A stretch of DNA of 64,000 bases, taken from positions 124,001-188,000 of the forward strand of contig JAANOX010000069.1 in assembly GCA_020184695.1 (NCBI GenBank), written 5' to 3'. Positions 57,831 to 64,000 of the stretch are shown here, piece by piece. The translations under genes and the position numbers were made by a program. Numbering within the stretch: position 1 is the first letter of the stretch; the number at the start of each line of letters is the position of its first letter. The notes under the pieces are model-generated. The model was not told the DNA's origin. It ran no database searches and saw nothing but the letters and a program-made list of their open reading frames with translations. Source of the stretch: Histomonas meleagridis 2922-C6/04-290x. Lineage: Eukaryota > Protista > Parabasalia.

Positions 57831-58283
57831 TTACAAACATGTTGAATTCATACGTTCTTCAATTGCTTTTTCGAGTAGGCGTAGTTTTTGGTCAAGGTTT
57901 TCAATGTATTTCTCGGTTGAAGCAACATCATTATTTCTCTGATTCATAATTTCTTTGAAAAATATATTATAGTAATTGAACTTTTCTTCTATGTCGGATT
58001 GAGCTGACTGAAGAAGTGAATGACTTGCAACTTCTTCTCGTTCCTTTTGTATTTGATCAAGTCCTGAACAAAGATCTACCCAATCATAATATCTTTGTGG
58101 CTGCTTGCTCAAAAGCATATCTTCAAAATTAAGACAAAGAGATGAAAGATTAGAAAAATCTTTGATCATATCTATACTTTGTTCTGGATTTGGTAAAATA
58201 GAATCAACATCAACGCTTTTCATTGTAAAATTTATTTCATCAAGTGATTGCCTAATTTCATGAAGCCTAAGTGAGTTTTGCAT
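57831..58283 (-). CDS. Hypothetical small coiled-coil protein
   Basis: ORF from ATG 58283 with heptad composition. Confidence 0.6.
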   Translation of the reverse strand: MQNSLRLHEIRQSLDEINFTMKSVDVDSILPNPEQSIDMIKDFSNLSSLCLNFEDMLLSKQPQRYYDWVDLCSGLDQIQKEREEVASHSLLQSAQSDIEEKFNYYNIFFKEIMNQRNNDVASTEKYIENLDQKLRLLEKAIEERMNSTCL

Positions 58284-58842
58284 GAAAAAAAGAAAAAAAA
58301 AACAATTCAAAGTACGATCAAAACGCGTTCAATTAAAAATAAACGGATTTTAATATTGAAGCATAAAAATAGGAATTCGAAACAATTAATTTAATAATTT
58401 GATACAATCAAATTATTTTATCATCTTCTCTTATTTTCAACGCAATGACATCATTTAAAATATATATATAATTAATTTACCAATAAATCATCTTCACATC
58501 ATTTTATCTAAATATGTTGTTAAATGTGGGAGAATCGTGTTTAGAAGTCGTAACGTTCTCAGGGAACGGTTATTTTCCGCGCCAAATTATTTCCTAAAGA
58601 AAAACCCCGCGTATTTCTTTTGGGCATATTATCGACCGTTTATTAAAACTGAATCTACGATGGAACTTTTTGAACACATTAAAAAACGATATCGTTAAAC
58701 GGTCGCCTGCTCGTCAAAAAGCAAAGTTTTTGATATGAACCGTTAAAATGTTCTCAAACCATGATGGCCACAACAAACACACAAGCTTACAAATACACCA
58801 ATTTTCATATCAATTTAGTTCTTTAACCTCAATCTATTTCAG

Positions 58843-58960
58843 TACATTTTATTTAGTCATTTGATCATCATTTTCTCATTTGGTACATTTTATTTAGTCA
58901 TTTGATCCTCATTTTTTCAATTAATACATTTTATCTAATCTTAATTTGTTCTTTTAGTAC
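58843..58960. repeat. 41-bp minisatellite (about three copies) inside the MULE
   Basis: TACATTTTAT units start at 58843, 58884 and 58925. Confidence 0.75.
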
Positions 58961-59053
58961 ACCTAATTATAAAACCAAATTATATCTGTTAAAGCAAATT
59001 ATATCTACTAATCTTAATTATTTCTATCAAAAAAAATTATATAACAATTGAAA

Positions 59054-60754
59054 TTATTGGCACTTACTAATTATCTTTTTTTTTTTTTTAGATGGGCATG
59101 TACTTGCATAATGCCCTAATCTATGGCAAAAACTGCAGTGCGCACTGCGCTTTTTCTTCGGTAAATACTTGTCTACTGTAGCAGATGGGACAGTGGGTTG
59201 AGCTCCTGCAGTTACAATTATACCATTGGCATTAGGGTCGATGGTTTTTTTAAGATTTTCTGCTTCATGAAAAAAATTACGAGACAGTTCACAAACTGGT
59301 TCATTACGTTGTGCAAGATCAACATATGGTTGTAATTTATCCATTGTTGAGTTGTAACCCCAGTCTTCTTTCTCATCTGTTTCTACTATTACTATTTCAA
59401 TTTCATTTGGATTTTCAATTTTTAAGTCATGATAAAAATATTTAGCAGGAATATCTTCTTCTTTCGAAATAGTATCTCCCTTTTTTTGGTTTTTTAATCT
59501 TTCATAAATTTCATGTATACATGGTAAATCTTCATTATTACAATTACAATTATCTTCAAAAAGAAATTTTAATGTTTCTCTAACAATATTTTGATCTTGA
59601 TTCAATAGCTTTGCACTTTCAGTCAAACATAATTGATATCTTTCATTAAATTCAATAATAATAGCATATTGTCCGAGCTTTTTACCATAATATAATGATA
59701 CATCTAATTGATTGTACTTTAAATTTATATGCTTTTTCATTAATAATCTACCTTGGGATATAGGAAGACTTAATATTTTTTCGAGAGTCTGTTGCTTATG
59801 GTCTGTTCATTTCTTAAAATTTTTAAATAATCCCTCAATTTGATTTGTTGTGTCATGACCTCTTAAGCGCAAAGTTTTTAATATTGATGGTGAATAAAAA
59901 TTAATGTCATTTAATAAATTTTTTAAATGAATTGAATTTGTTTCTTGTATTTTTTTTGTTAATTCTTGAATATATAAATTTTCTGTAATTTCTTCTTTGA
60001 TAAAGCTCCAAAATAGATATAAAATTTCTGAGTTTCTGCCCATATGTGATTTAATGTTGCGTGAAATGTGTACTTTGCAAAAAACAATATTTGAACTTGG
60101 ATATACTTTATGAATTGCATTTAGTTGTGCTTATAAAAACGATCTGTAATGAATACTCTTATGAACATATTTTTTTATAGATTTTAATATATCTTTAAAT
60201 GATTTTTCTTTTTTTGCTATCATAATCGAAATCGCAAGATTTTGAACATGATTATTGTCATCAAGAACGATAAAATTCAAACGAGGATATTGGATGTGAT
60301 TCGTACACTCAGTATCATCAATCATCACAATATCACTCGAAAAAGCGCACATTATAATTCTTGCATTTACAACAAGTATACTATAAAATTTATTTGTACT
60401 ATCTTTTTTCCACACAACATTATATTCATTTTTTAATGTTTGCACATAATTAAATAATTTATTAATTTCATCTTGATATATTGATTTCTTTTCTTCTCTA
60501 ATAACATTGTATAATTGATCTGGAAGTAAATCCTGTCCAAAATTCTGTCGTATGATTTCTGATGGCATTCCTTTTGATGCAGCAGCTTTCATTTCGTTTC
60601 TTTGTAATAAGGTTAAAAGTACAACTTTACTTCCTATAAATAATTCATCCATTGAATAATTATGATAAGGATTAACAAATTTTATTGATATAATTGTATT
60701 ATTTTGAATATAAATATTAAAAAAAGAATCACAATTACATTTTTTTTGTGACAA
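59054..60754 (-). pseudogene. Frameshifted MULE transposase with SWIM finger and zinc knuckle
   Basis: IDDTECTN (MULE DxT), FCKVH (CxxH), TTNQIEG, CNC...PCIH (SWIM) and CSFCHRLGHYASTCP (knuckle), split over three ORFs. Confidence 0.85.
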
Positions 60755-62057
60755 TATTCTTATCTAAATTTATTCTTAGAATTTCGATTGTCCCATAATG
60801 GTTTTTTTTCCAATTTAATTTTCTCATTTCATTTTTTCAGGTGTAAAATGACAGTAATAGAAATTTTTTTAAAAATTTATATGAATAAAGTATTCATTTT
60901 TTCAGAACGAACGACCGTTACGACGTCTAAACACGATTCCCCATTAAATGTGATTTTACATTCAAATATTTTGTGATTATTTACTTTTTGTATACGAAAT
61001 AATCGTTTGATCTGTCTATCCTTTTAATTAATGAAGTTCGTGATTCGGTACGAATTGCTTCGTTAAAAAATACTATTGATGAGTTAACTTCATAATAACA
61101 ATGATACTGAATATCGAAAACAAATACAGATTCTTCAAAAAAGCCATGGCTCGAAAAATCATATCGTATATCTATCGTAAAAAGTGGATGTTTGTGTAAA
61201 ATATATGAATACTTTACATATATGTAAAGTTGCCAAAATGTGAGTCGTGACTTTTTGATAATTTTACGTGGTTGTAAAATTGATGTAAACGGTTGTATTG
61301 AATACAGTATTTTACAACGTCTGCCAAAAATATCTCCTTTGAAATTTTCGTTCGAACGATCATTTTTACCATATAATGTCTATCGTGCTCTATCGTAAAT
61401 AACGTACTAAATTCGGAGGTATAGTTCGGTCTAACCCAATTTTAATTTCAATTTTAAAAAATAAAGGTTAACACTACTTAGAGCTGCAGTCAAAATGCGT
61501 ATTTGAAGAATTATTAATATAATATATATACTAATATTCACAATATATCATTATAACGGTATATTTTTTATTACGATATTTATGATATATCTTCAGATAA
61601 GTTCAAAAAATTGAAAATCATAAATTGAATTTTCTCTGTACAAAAATAATTTTTTTTTTGACAATATTAAAATTATATGTATTTATCGAAGTTCTTTATT
61701 TTTTGATATAAGAACTTAAACAGAGAAATTGCTAAATGAAAACGAGGTGAAGTGAAAATTGTTAATATAAATTAGAAAAAAATTTATGCTTTGCATAAAA
61801 ATATATCATATTTTAAATGAAGGAAAGGAAGGAATGCGCTTCACGTTGTTTGATCTGTTTTGCTGTCTATCATTTGATATGCAAATTTTTTATCACCCGC
61901 AAAGATTTCAAGTTTCTGACAAGGAAAAAGTCAAAAATAGATTTAAGTTTAAAGTATTTTTTCTCTTCTTTGATCATATTTCTTTTTAGAAAAAAACAAA
62001 TTTGCTTAAATTATAAAAAAATTATTATTAAATATTTACTTTTCTTCTTCACTTTTA

Positions 62058-62415
62058 TCATTTTTTAAGTTGATTTCTTGAAAGAACATATATAAAATTA
62101 AACATTTCTTCAATCCCTTGACCTGTCACTGAACTTGTCTCAAAATACTCAGCAATGTCTGGCATGTAATTTCCAACAGCAAAAACAATAATAATTGCAT
62201 GAGCACCGCGAAAATAATATGGATACAAGCACTGATAGCTTTCATTACCTGCAATAGTATAAATATCCATATGAATTTCTTTTCCGTTGATATTAATTGA
62301 TTTTACGAATTGATCTGCCCCTGGACATTGTTCCAAAATTTCATAATTACCTGTAGCGATTTGCAAGTACTGATTTCCCAACGGCACCATTGCTGATTAA
62401 AACAACTTTAATCAT
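62058..62415 (-). pseudogene. Degenerate Rab-like GTPase
   Basis: MIKVVLISNGAVGKSVLANR from ATG 62415, then a frameshift into ORF 62058..62390 with TIAGNE (G3-like) and YFRGAHAIIIVF; G4 region missing. Confidence 0.65.
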
Positions 62416-63288
62416 TTCCGGTTAATTAAAACGCCATTAATACTGTCACTTTTCCTTTAAAGGAAATAAACGGTCGAAAATCGTAAGATGGTGTTTTAAT
62501 TGAAATTTTGCATTTTACAAACCAAAATTTCACGTTAGATTTTGCTTCTTTCTCATGTATTAAGCTAACTATATAATATGTGTATTAATTCTTGATTTAA
62601 AAAAAAAAATTAACGGCCAATCTTGATATACACCATAATGTAATGGTATATTGTTTTAATTTATTTATTTTATCAATGTCTCGATAATTAATTCCATTTT
62701 TGTTATTGAAAATTAATAATTTACATTTTTTCCTTTATTATTAATATTAATATAATAAAGGAATGAAAATGATCATTTAAAAAAAATTGATATATTATTA
62801 TGATACATAATATTTAAAATTAATTTTATATATATGTTATATGTTCTTTATTTATTAAATTTTTATAAGCTGCGTGCTTCATGGTTTAGGTTATATGCTT
62901 CAAAAATAACAATCATTTGATACATGTTATCACAACAGGGAAGTTATTTAGTACAGGAAATACACAAATATTGACCTAATTATATCACATATTTGAAGAA
63001 TTGTTTCTGAAATGAAAAGCTAAACACTTAAAATTGAAATTATATAATGATAACGTATATTTCTTTGGATGATTACCAATTTTTTATCTTTTTATTGTTT
63101 TCTTTCTAAGCACTTTTGAGATCCAAATAAAAACTTTTTTCACTTTATACTAAGATTCAATGCGATGTTTTCTGACTAATTTTATTAAAGGATTCAAATT
63201 TCAAAGGAATCTTTCATAAGAAATTTATGAATCTCTCGAAATTTATATCAAATTTTCAGTTACCACTATTCATCTTCACATCACTCTC

Positions 63289-64000
63289 ATGACTTGCAAA
63301 AAGGAGACTTTGATCTTAATTGAAAACGGTGTTCATCTCAAGAAAACAGACACAAAGAAACCTCGGTTTCCAACTGCATCTGAAATAGCTGAACAAAAAG
63401 AAATAGCTGAAAAAGAAGGCATTCAAAGATTACCAGAGGATTTACCACATGATAAAATGAACCGAACATTTCATGAACTAATAAAAGAAGAGAAAGTCGA
63501 ACTAAAGAAAGTTAATCAAAAGATACCTCGAATTCCGACTGCCGCAGAAATAGCTGAACAAAAAGAGTTAGCTGAAAAAGAAGGCATCCAAAGGTTACCA
63601 GAGGATTTACCACATGATAAAATGAACCGAACTTTCCATGAACTAATAAAAGAAGAAAAAGTCGAACTCAAGAAAGTTGATCAAAAGAAGCCAATTCTTC
63701 CTTCAGCAAAAGTACTCGCAGAACAAAAGGAAATAGCTGAAAAAGAAGGCATCCAAAGATTACCAGAGGATTTACCACGTGACAAAATGAACCGAACTTT
63801 CCATGAACTAATAAAAGAAGAGAAGGTCGAACTAAAGAAAGTTGATCAAAAGAAACCAACTTTACCTTCAGCTGAGATAATCGCTGAACAAAAAGAAATA
63901 GCTGAAAAGGAAGGAACTCAAAGATTGCCTGAAGACCTTCCAAGAGATAGTAAGAATCGAACTTTCCATGAACTAATTAAGGAAGAGAAAGTAGAGCTGA
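63289..64000 (+). CDS. Multi-repeat WH2/beta-thymosin-like protein (partial; runs off the window)
   Basis: Not in the ORF track. ATG 63289 gives MTCKKETLILIENGVHLKKTDT..., then 165-nt (55-aa) tandem repeats at 63391, 63556, 63721 and 63886 containing ELIKEEKVELKKVDQKKPxLPSAExIAEQKE. Confidence 0.8.
   Translation, partial: MTCKKETLILIENGVHLKKTDTKKPRFPTASEIAEQKEIAEKEGIQRLPEDLPHDKMNRTFHELIKEEKVELKKVNQKIPRIPTAAEIAEQKELAEKEGIQRLPEDLPHDKMNRTFHELIKEEKVELKKVDQKKPILPSAKVLAEQKEIAEKEGIQRLPEDLPRDKMNRTFHELIKEEKVELKKVDQKKPTLPSAEIIAEQKEIAEKEGTQRLPEDLPRDSKNRTFHELIKEEKVEL

Larger units (their letters stand above)
58528..60942 (-). mobile_element. Mutator-like element (MULE), full length
   Basis: TIRs GGGAGAATCGTGTTTAGAAGTCGTAACG and (reverse complement) GGGGAATCGTGTTTAGACGTCGTAACG; 9-bp TSD GTTAAATGT / ATTAAATGT (8/9). 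Confidence 0.9.

Noticed and set aside
1-64000. tRNA or rRNA genes
   Set aside because: No cloverleaf or rRNA-like conserved segments recognised by eye; a covariance search was not run.

Overview
AT-rich eukaryotic genomic DNA, almost certainly from a parabasalid protist (Tritrichomonas/Histomonas/Trichomonas-like). Support: an IBD transcription factor, BspA-type LRR surface proteins, DUF3447-type ankyrin genes, TCACT initiator motifs and intron-poor genes. Housekeeping genes include separase, PDCD5, a UEV/Vps23-like protein, a USP deubiquitinase, legumain, a SCY1-like pseudokinase, a Rab and an HD-domain protein. Three inserted elements are present: a Mutator-like element with TIRs and a 9-bp TSD, a P-element-like element with TIRs, and a ~1.5-kb endogenous CRESS-DNA-virus fragment (Cap C-terminus, unknown ORF, GC-rich hairpin region, Rep helicase C-terminus). 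The most striking signal occurs at five sites (4.6-5.6, 29.1-31.4, 31.6-31.9, 33.4-34.8 and 45.5-45.7 kb). There, ankyrin genes continue as arrays in which each ~33-codon repeat is separated from the next by an AT-rich, often stop-containing intervening sequence of about 71 nt with no GT-AG ends. The period is held at 170 nt (17 of 26 measured periods; 173 in 6), even between strongly diverged copies. This suggests an undescribed fixed-length non-canonical intron, ribosomal bypass or cassette system. All positions and periods were counted by eye; no database searches were run.
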